Below the pieces are notes generated by a model that was given only the letters and a program-made list of their open reading frames with translations, searched no databases and was not told where the DNA came from. A DNA stretch of 62,550 bases, filler included, from Nemertoderma westbladi (Eukaryota; Animalia; Xenacoelomorpha), in NCBI GenBank assembly GCA_032718475.1. It is 4 parts of 4 records of this genome, joined end to end, with 100 filler letters (N's around TTAATTAATTAA, not from the genome) between each part and the next. Parts side by side here need not be neighbours in the genome. Positions count along the whole stretch, not along the records: positions 1 to 23,932 come from JAUCBJ010002586.1; 3 more parts are not named here. One strand, written 5' to 3'. The position numbers and the translations under genes are program-made. Within the stretch, counting starts at the first letter, position 1; every line of letters starts with the position of its first letter. Positions 1 through 11,400 of this stretch are shown here, in pieces.

Positions 1-940
1 AGGCACTAAACACAGATCGTTGTGTATTTAAATCCTATAATATTTTAACAATTAAGAACATATTAAAAATTCCGATTTATTCAAGTTATATATATAACAT
101 ATAATTTATTGCACTGTGCGGCGTCCTGATTTTTGGGGGTTTTGCACAATCCATTTCGATAACTTTTGGGTGTATGTACATTTTTCAAATTCTAACTTGT
201 TCTGTATTTCGGGGGCAAGGGAAAGAAGGGGGCTTTAATTGAGGCGGGGAATTGAAATCTCGTCTCCGCGAATTAACAATAACTAATACAATTATCGAGA
301 ATTAATACCATATTATGTCGCAATTTAACTTTTTGGGAGTAATCAGCTGTTTCTTATTTGTTATTCGTCTTAGAACAAAAACTGAACTTTTACGTGAAAA
401 TTTACTTTCGATAGATTAATAAAGTGGTGGTCGCAAGAACTAAGGGTCCACAGTAGGTTAACATATACTCTCTCTAAAGTGTAAAACGGTAATTTCAATG
501 TCAAAATATGACAGTCGAAAATGTAAAGGGCTAGTAAAGATCAGTCAGTATATTGATAAGTTGAAAGGAAGAGAGAGTCGCATAAAGTACAATAATTTAT
601 TGTAATAAATTTCGCCTAAAAACTAACAGCTCAACTAATTAGCATAAATAATATTCACAATTAATATTGGTGATATGAGAATTAAGGATGAACAATCTGA
701 GACAATATTGTTACTTACAACAATAATATATAAACCCATACAAGGCATATTACAATAGTATATCTTAATCATAATCATATTATTAATTATTAATTAGGAT
801 ATTATTAATATAATATTGTATAGTTAATATCATCATAATCATTTTATACTCTAGAAATCATTAAATTGAAGAAATAAACTAAATTTAAGTAAAATGGTAA
901 AGAGCCTATTTTGCGTATTTACGGTAGCAGCTAATATTAA

Positions 941-2148
941 CCCTTTCGGTACCTAACTGGAAATTATTCAAACGCCCAAGTGCCCAACACTAATTCATGA
1001 ATTTCTGAAGTCTGTCAGTCTTTCTGTCAGTTTGTCTGTCAAGACTTTAGAAAGACTAAAATCTACTAACATTCTCGCTATCGGGGTTTTCCTTGTCAAG
1101 GATTTCATTTCCGCTGTCAGTTTTCACTTTTAACCATATCCAGACTGTCTGTCGGTCTGTCTGTCAGTCTGTCTGTCAGTCTGTCCGTCAAAAGTATAAG
1201 GAATCACATTAGCTAATTAAAATTATCGCTATGGGGGTTTTTCTGGTCAAGGAATTTATTTCCGGTGTCAGTTTTCACTTTTGACCCTATGCAGACTGAC
1301 TGTCGGTTTGTCCGTCTGTCTGTCAGTCTGTCCGTCGAAAATGTAAGGAATCACATTAGCTAATTAAAATTCTCTCTATGGGGGTTTTCCTGGTCAAGGA
1401 TTTCATTTCCGCTGTCAGTTTTCACTTTTGACCCTATCCAGACTGTCTGTCGGTCTGTCTGTCTGTCTGTCCGTCAAAAATATAAGGAATCACATTAGCT
1501 AATTAAAATTATCCATATGGGGGTTTTCCTGGTCAAGGATTTGATTTCCGCTGTCAGTTTTCACTTTTGACCCTATCCAGACTGTCTGTCGGTCTGTCTG
1601 TCTGTCTGTCTGCCCGTCAAAAATATAAGGAATCACATTAGCTAATTAAAATTATCCATATGGGGGTTTTCCTGGTCAAGAATTTCATTTCCGCTGTCAG
1701 TTTTCACTTTTGACCCTATCCAGACTGTCTGTCGGTCTGTCTGTCTGTCTGTCTGTCCGTCAAAAATATAAGGAATCACATTAGCTAATTAAAATTATCC
1801 ATATGGGGGTTTTCCTGGTCAAGGATTTCATTTCCGCTGTCAGTTTTCACTTTTGACCCTATCCAGACTGTCTGTCTGTCAGTCAGTCTGTTTAGGCTTT
1901 TTCGTTTAGGTGTTTAGTCAGTTTAGGCCTACCTTACTACAGTACTGCCTTATTATGTTATTGCTAAACTCTGGCAGTCTGTAAGCACGTCTGCAATAGG
2001 CCGACCGGTAGTTAAATTACAGTAGATACAAGCTGAAATGCGCCGCTAACATATAGAAGCATGTACTTAAGAGTCCAGCAACATTTTCCCTTCTTAGAAA
2101 TCGATTAAATGTCATGGAACAGACGTGTGTGTCATGGTACCGAAAGAG
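941..2148. mobile_element. piggyBac-like non-autonomous DNA element with an internal tandem array
   Basis: Reads TTAA|CCCTTTCGGTACC ... GGTACCGAAAGAG|TTTA: a 13-bp TIR with one mismatch and a TTAA-like target site. Confidence 0.7.
1065..1890. repeat. About 140-bp tandem repeat (about 6 copies), each carrying a (TGTC)n tract
   Basis: Recurrent ggggttttcctggtcaaggatttcatttccgctgtcagttttcacttttgaccctatccagactgtctgtc. Confidence 0.9.
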
Positions 2149-2272
2149 TTTATGGGAATAAAAACGAAAAGATACAACAAAAAAATGTGACCAGAGGAGT
2201 TATTTAGTCCACTGCTCGCACTTGTACATAGGAATTCACACCTCAACCAGCTACCCCCAACTAACTCCCGCT

Positions 2273-2427
2273 CTACCAGTTAGGGCGCCCGCAATCAGGA
2301 CATAGAATTTCCTCTCCTTCGGTAATAAAGCCCCGGCCAACCAAACTCGTCTCACATCGCCGGCAGACGAAACACTCGTTATGCCAGTGTTTGTCCTCAA
2401 AGGTAATAAATTTAGTGCCGCCAATAC
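2273..2427 (-). CDS. Coding exon 7: LIM4 and stop
   Basis: ttccag|GT acceptor; encodes IGGTKFITFEDKHWHNECFVCRRC...LCPDCGRPNW followed by TAG. Confidence 0.93.
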
Positions 2428-5400
2428 CTGGAAATAATAATAATATATATCAATAATAAAAATAATAAAAGCACAATAAAATATATCTATGACTTGCAGG
2501 TCCTACTACGATAGTAAGACAGTGGTGATCAATAAATTTATAGGGCGTTACCTGTGATTGGTTGACTTCAATCAGTACTTGCTTGTGATTGGTTGACCAC
2601 AATCAGTACTTACCTGTGATTGGTTGACCATAATCAGTATACCTACCTGTAATTGGTTGACCACAATCCGTGCACTTCTTAGCAAATAGTTTCCCAAAAC
2701 AATCGGCGCAGAATGGCCGCTCATCCCGGGTGGTGAACCGTTGTCCGGCCAACGAAACGGCGCATTCGAAGCAGGTGAAGCACTCCCGATGGAAGGGTTC
2801 GCCCCGGTACGTAACTCCACCCGATGTGATCACCTGTAGGGAGAGATGTTGGAAGAACATATGAGTAATATAATGTTACACGAGTCAATGTAAGAAATAA
2901 TGATATGGAGCCTAATTTTTACCTTTAAACTTAGTTTAACTTACAATTATTCTTTATCCACTATAGTACACTTTAATAAACTGTTTTACACATAGTTAAC
3001 ATTAGTACTTACTTACCATTCCATAGTGCACTTAGTTCTTACCGTACTGCACTTAGCTCTTACCTTACTGCACTTAGTTTTTACCTTACTGCACTTAGCT
3101 CTTGCCTTACTGCACTTAGTTCTTACCTTACTGCACTTAGTTCTTACCGTACTGCACTTAGTTCTTACCTTACTGCACTTAGCTCTTACCTTACTGCACT
3201 TTGCTCTTACCTTACTGCACTTAGTTTTTACCTTACTGCACTTAGCTCTTGCCTTACTGCACTTAGCTCTTACCTTAATCCACTTAGTTTTTACCTTACT
3301 GCACTTAGCTCTTACCTTACTGCACTTAGTTTTTACCTTACTGCACTTAGTTCTTACCGTACTGCACTTAGCTCTTACCTTACTGCACTTAGTTCTTACC
3401 TTACTGCACTTAGCTCTTACCTTACTGCACTTAGTTCTTACCTTATTGCATTTAGTTCTTACCTTACTGCACTTAGCTCTTACCTAACTGCACTTAGTTC
3501 TTACCTTATTGCACTTAGTTCTTACCTTACTGCACTTAGTTCTTACCTTATTGCACTTAGCTCTTACCTTACTGCACTTAGTTCTTACCTTATTGCACTT
3601 AGTTCTTACCTTACTGCACTTAGTTCTTACCTTATTGCACTTAGCTCTTACCTTACTCCACTTAGTTCTTACCTTACTGCACTTAGTTCTTACCTTATTG
3701 CATTTAGTTCATACCTTACTGCACTTAGCTCTTACCTTACTGCACTTAGTTCTTACCTTATTGCACTTAGTTCTTACCTTACTGCACTTAGTTCTTACCT
3801 TATTGCACTAGTCAAGTTTTATGAAGAACTGACTGGACTTATTAAGGACATCCCGAAACACAATGTTAAAGTCATTGCTGGTGACCTGAATGCGCAAATT
3901 GGCCCAGAAGACATCAAGGGTTACACCTATAACACCAGTTCTAACAGAAATGGGTACTTACTCTTAGACCTAATGGAAGAATGTGAATTGATACCAACAA
4001 ACAACACATTCGAAAAGAGTAAGTGGAAGCTATGGACCTTTCAATACCCTAATGGAACCAAAGCACAACTGGATTACATCCTTATAAACAAAAAGTGGAG
4101 AAATAGCATGATCAACTGCGAGGCATACAGCTCGTTCAACCTAATTGGTTCGGACCACAGAATTGTGACTGCAGAGATCAGACTCAGTTTGAGAGCCAGC
4201 AAACCCAGGACAAGCAAGCAAATCAACTATGACTGGGAGAAACTCAGAACTGACAATGCTGTAAAGGATGCTTAGACAGTAGAAGTTCAAAACCGCTTTG
4301 AAGCACTTCAGTCAATGGATGAAGACCAATCCACCGATTCAATATACCAGAATATAATAACAGCCCACAAGGTATCAGCTAAGAGGCATATCCCCCAGAA
4401 ACCTAAACGAAAACAGTATGTGCCATGGCAAAACTCTGAGGTTACTTGTAAGAGAGAAGATCTTAAGATAGCCTACAAAGTTAAAACCGAACAACCAACA
4501 ACCGAAAACATTAACAAGGTTGAGAAAGCTAAGGACGATCTTAAATTGGCCTACAACATCAGCCAGGAAAAGTACATACAGGATAAAACTGAAGCAATTA
4601 CAACTGCTCACATACAGCAACAATCAAGACTTACCTGGCAAACTGTAAATGAGGTATCTGGTCGGAAAAGTTGTGCAAAGGGGCGCCTCAAAGCCGATAG
4701 TCCTGAAGAACGTGTTGGGAAGTGGAAAAATCACTTCAGCAACTTGCTTGGGCAGCCACCAAACATCGAGGTCAGCCCTACAAGGAAAATATATGACAAG
4801 ACACTACCTATAGAAACAGGGGACTTCACACCTGCCGAACTCCAAAGAAGCATTAAAAGCATGTCCAATAATAAAGCGAGTGGATTAGATGAAATCCCAG
4901 CGGAGGTATGGAAAACCGGAGTGCTAAATAGACCATTATTGAATGTTTGCAACCGGATGTTAAAAGGGGAAAAGCCACCACCAATTTGGACTAAAGGTCA
5001 ACTAAAGCCTCTCCCCAAGAAAGGAGACCTCGGCATACCAACAAACTATCGTGGGATCTGTCTGCTTGTGGTAGCTTCCAAAATATACAATAAAATGATT
5101 CTATATAGGATTAGGCCTCACATAGAGAAACTACTGCGTAAGAGCCAAAACGGATTTCGACCAAGTAGATCAACAATAGCTCAGATACTTGCACTACGGA
5201 GACTGATTGAAGGAATTAAGTCAAAGAATCTCCCCGCAGTCCTGACTTTTGTGGACTTCAAGAAGGCATTCGACTCCATCCATAGAGTTAAAATGCTTGA
5301 AATCCTAAGAGCTTATGGAATACCAGAAGTAATTGTTGCTGGCATTGGATTGCTATATTGTGACACAGAAGCGCAGGTACTCTCACCAGATGGTGAAACT

Positions 5401-8400
5401 GAGTTTTTCTCAATCCTGGCTGGCGTACTGCAAGGTGACACATTAGCACCATTACTATTTGTAATTGTGCTGGATTACGCAATGAGGACGGCCACAAAGG
5501 GTGAAGATCTGGGATTCACACTTCAAGAACGCAGAAGTAGTAGATATCCGGCAACTACAGTCACAGACACCGACTTTGCGGATGACATCGCCCTGCTCTC
5601 TAATACGCTAGCAGATGCACAGCTTCTACTAAATAAAGTGGAGAGGGCTGCTAAGAAGGTTGGATTGCATATAAATGCTACCAAGACCGAATTCATGACC
5701 TTTAATGTTGATGAAAACTTGACAACCATTGATAATAATTAACTAAGGCAGGTCGATGACTTCCAGTACCTTGGATCATGGATAGAGAGTAGCAAAAAGG
5801 ACATAGAAGTTAGGAAAGCAAAGGCTTGGGTAGCTCTATCAAAAATGGATACCATCTGGAAATCAGATCTCTCCAGGCACCTGAAGACCAAGTTCTTTCG
5901 AGCCACAGTGGAAAGTGTATTTTTATACGGGGGTGAGACCTGGACACTGACTACATCACTTCAACAACGAATTGATGGTTGCTACACAAGACTACTAAGG
6001 GCAGCCCTAAACATCAGCTGGAGACAACACATGACAAACGCCGAGCTTTATGGTACAATACCACCTGTATCAACCACCCTCCGTGAACGCAGATTAAGAT
6101 TCAGTGGGCACTGCTGGCGAAGTAAAGACGAGGTCATACCAGATCTACTTTTCTGGCAACCGACTCATGGAAAGCGTAGTCGTGGACGACCTGCCATAAC
6201 ATATATAGATCAACTTGAAAGGGATACTGAACTTGGGAGAAACGAAATTGCGACAACTATGGAGAATCGGGAAGCCTGGAAGGATCTCATTTCCACTGTC
6301 CGTGTTCGCTCGACCTAGTAGTAGTAGTATTGCACTTAGCTCTTACCTTACTGCACTTAGTTCTTACCTTACTGCACTTAGTTTTTACCTTGCTGCACTT
6401 AGCTCTCACCCTATTGCCATTAGCTCTTACCTTACTGCACTTAGTTCTTACCTTACTGCACTTAGTTCTTACCTTACTGCACTTAGCTCTTACCTTACTG
6501 CCCTTAGTTCTTACCTTATTTAACTTAGTTCTTACCTCACTGCACTTAGTTCTTACCTCACTGCACTTAGTTCTTACCTTACTGCACTTAGTTCTTACCT
6601 TACTGCACATAGTTCTTACCTTACTGCACTTAGTTCTTACCTTACTGCACTTAGCTCTTACCCTATTGCCATTAGCTCTTACCTTACTGCACTTAGTTCT
6701 TACCTTACTGCACATAGTTTTTACCTTACTGCACTTAGCTCTTACCTTACTGCACTTAGTTCTTACCTTACTGCCCTTAGTTCTTACTTTACTGCACTTA
6801 GTTCTTACCTTACTGCACTTAGTTCTTATCTTACTGCACTTAGTTCTTACCTTACTGCACTTAGCTCTTACCCTATTGCCATTAGCTCTTACCTTACTGC
6901 ACTTAGTTCTTCCCTTACTGCACATAGTTCTTACCTTACAGCACTTAGCTCTTCCCTTACTGCACTTTGCTCTTACCTTACTGCACTTAGCTCTTACCTT
7001 ACTGCACTTAGTTCTTACCTTACTGCACTTAGTTCTTACCTTACTGCACCTAGTTCTTACCTTACTGCACTTAGTTCTTACCTTACAGCACTTAGTTCTT
7101 ACCTTACTGCACTTAGCTCTTACCATACTCCACTTAGTTCTTACCTTACTGCACTTAGTTCTTACCTTACTGCACTTAGTTCTTACCTTACTGCACTTTG
7201 CTCTTACCTTACTGCACTTTTCTCTTACCTTACTGCACTTAGCTCTTACCTTACTGCACTTAGTTCTTACCTTACTGCACTTAGTTCTTACCTTACTGCA
7301 CTTAGTTCTTACCTTACTGCACTTAGTTCTTACCTTACTGCACTTAGCTCTTACCATACTCCACTTAGTTCTTACCTTACTGCACTTAGTTCTTACCTTA
7401 CTGCACTTAGTTCTTACCTAACTGCACTTAGTTCTTACCTTACTGCACTTAGTTCTTACCTTACTGCACTTAGTTCTTACCTTACTGCACTTAGTTCTTA
7501 CCTTACTGCACTTAGTTCTTACCTTGCTGCACTTAGTTCTTACCTTACTGCACTTAGTTCTTACCTTACTGCACTTAGTTCTTACCTTACTGCACTTAGT
7601 TCTTACCTTACTGCACTTAGTTCTTACCTTACTGCACTTAGTTCTTACCTTACTGCACTTAGTTCTTACCTTACTGAACTTAGTTCTTACCTTACTGCAC
7701 TTAGTTCTTACCTTACTGCACTTAGTTCTTACCCTACTCCACTTAGTTCTTACCTTACTGCACTTAGCTCTTACCCTACTCCACTTAGTTCTTACCTTAC
7801 TGCACTTAGCTCTTACCTTACTCCACTTAGTTCTTACCTTACTGCACTTAGTTCATACCTTACTGCACTTAGTTCTTACCTTACTGCACTTAGTTCTTAC
7901 CTAACTGCACTTAGTTCTTACCTTACTGCACTTAGTTCTTACCTTGCTGCACTTAGTTCTTACCTTACTGCACTTAGTTCTTACCTTGCTGCACTTAGTT
8001 CTTACCTTACTGCACTTAGCTCTTACCTTACTGCACTTAGTTCTTACCTTACTGCACTTAGCTCTTACCTTACTCCACTTAGTTCTTACCTTACTGCACT
8101 TAGTTCATACCTTACTGCACTTAGTTCTTACCTTACTGCACTTAGTTCTTACCTAACTGCACTTAGTTCTTACCTTACTGCACTTAGTTCTTACCTTGCT
8201 GCACTTAGTTCTTACCTTACTGCACTTAGTTCTTACCTTGCTGCACTTAGTTCTTACCTTACTGCACTTAGCTCTTACCTTACTGCACTTAGTTCTTACC
8301 TTACTGCACTTAGCTCTTACCATACTCCACTTAGTTCTTACCTTACTGCACTTAGTTCTTACCTTACTGCACTTAGTTCTTACCTTGCTGCACTTAGTTC

Positions 8401-11400
8401 TTACCTTACTGCACTTAGTTCTTACCTAACTGCACTTAGTTCTTACCTTACTGCACTTAGTTCTTACCTTACTGCACTTAGTTCTTACCTTGCTGCACTT
8501 AGTTCTTACCTTACTGCACTTAGTTCTTACCTTACTGCACTTAGCTCTTACCTTACTCCACTTAGTTCTTACCTTACTGCACTTAGTTCTTACCCTACTC
8601 CACTTAGTTCTTACCTTACTGCACTTAGCTCTTACCCTACTCCACTTAGTTCTTACCTTACTGCACTTAGCTCTTACCTTACTCCACTTAGTTCTTACCT
8701 TACTGCACTTAGTTCATACCTTACTGCACTTAGTTCTTACCTTACTGCACTTAGTTCTTACCTAACTGCACTTAGTTCTTACCTTACTGCACTTAGTTCT
8801 TACCTTGCTGCACTTAGTTCTTACCTTACTGCACTTAGTTCTTACCTTGCTGCACTTAGTTCTTACCTTACTGCACTTAGCTCTTACCTTACTGCACTTA
8901 GTTCTTACCTTGCTGCACTTAGTTCTTACCTTACTGCACTTAGTTCTTACCTTACTGCACTTAGCTCTTACCTTACTCCACTTAGTTCTTACCTTACTGC
9001 ACTTAGTTCTTACCTTACTGCACTTAGTTCTTACCTTACTGCACTTAGTTCTTACCTTACTGCACTTAGTTCTTACCTTGCTGCACTTAGTTCTTACCCT
9101 ACTCCACTTAGTTCTTACCTTACTGCACTTAGCTCTTACCCTACTCCACTTAGTTCTTACCTTACTGCACTTAGCTCTTACCTTACTCCACTTAGTTCTA
9201 CCTTACTGCACTTAGTTCATACCTTAAATGCACTTAGTTCTTACCTTACTGCACTTAGTTCTTACCTTACTGCACTTAGTTCTTACCTTACTGCACTTAG
9301 TTCTTACCTAACTGCACTTAGTTCTTACCTTACTACACTTAGTTCTTACCTTACTGCACTTAGTTCTTACCTTACTGCACTTAGTTCTTACCTAACTGCA
9401 CTTAGTTCTTACCTTACTGCACTTAGTTCTTACCTTGCTGCACTTAGTTCTTACCTTACTGCACTTAGTTCTTACCTTACTGCACTTAGCTCTTACCTTA
9501 CTCCACTTAGTTCTTACCTTACTGCACTTAGTTCTTACCCTACTCCACTTAGTTCTTACCTTACTGCACTTAGCTCTTACCCTACTCCACTTAGTTCTTA
9601 CCTTACTGCACTTAGCTCTTACCTTACTCCACTTAGTTCTTACCTTACTGCACTTAGTTCATACCTTACTGCACTTAGTTCTTACCTTACTGCACTTAGT
9701 TCTTACCTTACTGCACTTAGTTCTTACCTTACTGCACTTAGTTCTTACCTACCTGCACTTAGTTCTTACCTTACTGCACTTAGTTCTTACCTTACTGCAC
9801 TTAGTTCTTACCTTACTGCACTTAGTTCTTACCTTACTGCACTTAGTTCTTACCTAACTGCACTTAGTTCTTACCTTACTGCACTTAGTTCTTACCTTAC
9901 TGCACTTAGTTCTTACCTTACTGCACTTAGTTCTTACCTTACTGCACTTAGTTCTTACCTTACTGCACTTAGTTCTTACCTAATTGCACTTAGTTCTTAC
10001 CTTTGCACTTAGTTCTTACCTTGCTGCACTTAGTTCTTACCTTACTGCACTTAGTTCTTACCTTACTGCACTTAGCTCTTACCTTACTCCACTTAGTTCT
10101 TACCTTACTGCACTTAGTTCATACCTTACTGCACTTAGTTCTTACCTTACTGCACTTAGTTCTTACCTTACTGCACTTAGTTCTTACCTCACTCCACTTA
10201 GTTCTTACCTTACTGCACCTAGCTCTTACCCTACTCCACTTAGTTCTTACCTTACTACACTTAGCTCTTACCTTACTGCACTTAGTTCTTACCTTACTGC
10301 ACTTAGTTCTTACCTTACTGCACTTAGTTCTTACCTTACTGCACTTAGTTCTTACCTAACTGCACTTAGTTCTTACTTTACTGGACTTAGTTCTTACCTT
10401 ATTGCATTTAGTTCTTACTTTACTGCACTTAGTTCTTACCTTATTGCATTTAGTTCTTACCTTACTGCACTTAGTTCTTACCTTGCTGCACTTAGTGCAT
10501 CGAGTAGCGAAACGGTCTTCGTAACAGGTTGTGCAGTAAGGGTGATCGTCTTTTGGCACGAAGGCTTTAGTTCCAATCGCGATCCTACAGACAAAGCAGG
10601 TGAAACATTCTTCGTGGTAAGAGTGACCTCGCCATTCCAGTTTCTTCGTTCCTGTTGAATAAAGGTTAAGAATAAATATAAGTACTCCAGGTGAAGCAGT
10701 ACTAGTATACGGCATAGGAATAAAAGTAAAAATACACCATTTTTAAGAAAAAAGTAAATACCATGTATTTGTAGGAAATAAAATCTATATTCTTGAAAAG
10801 TCGGCCACATCGGCTAAAAAGACAATTGGTCCGCGTAATTAAATAATATAAATAAATAAATAAATAAATCGAATTAATAATAGTTTGACAAATAATTAAT
10901 TAATGAAAAATTTATCTGTTTTATAACAGATTTATTTATAACAAATCACCACTGTGACGGGAAATTTTAAATCAGTTTGGTCACGGGTTTCAAATAAATT
11001 TTAAATTTGGTGATATCATGTGAATACTATTAATATACAAAGTTAAATGAGGTAATAAATCCTGCGTGCGTCATATTAGTTCAAACATACAAATTTCCCA
11101 GTCGAAAAACCATACACTAAGTGAGATACATTGTATTTATTAGAAAAAATGAAAATAAACGACTCACCAGCTTTAAATACTTTTCCGCAACTGTCGCAAC
11201 GGGAGGCGAAGTGTTCGTCGTGGCAGTCGGCGCAGTAAAGTCGCTCGTTCTTCGCTCCGAACGGTTTATCTACCAGAGAGATTTTACAACTGGAACAGCT
11301 GAAGCAGCGCTCGTGCCAATGTTTGTCTTTGTACGAAAGATCCTAAAAAAAGGAACGACAGATCCTAAAAAAGGTACGAATAATCCTAAAAGGTACGAAT

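Noticed and set aside
3026-10359. Long Leu/His-rich plus-strand ORFs (LHLVLTL)n
   Set aside because: These are antisense readings of the 21-bp splice-donor satellite, with no real start context or gene structure.
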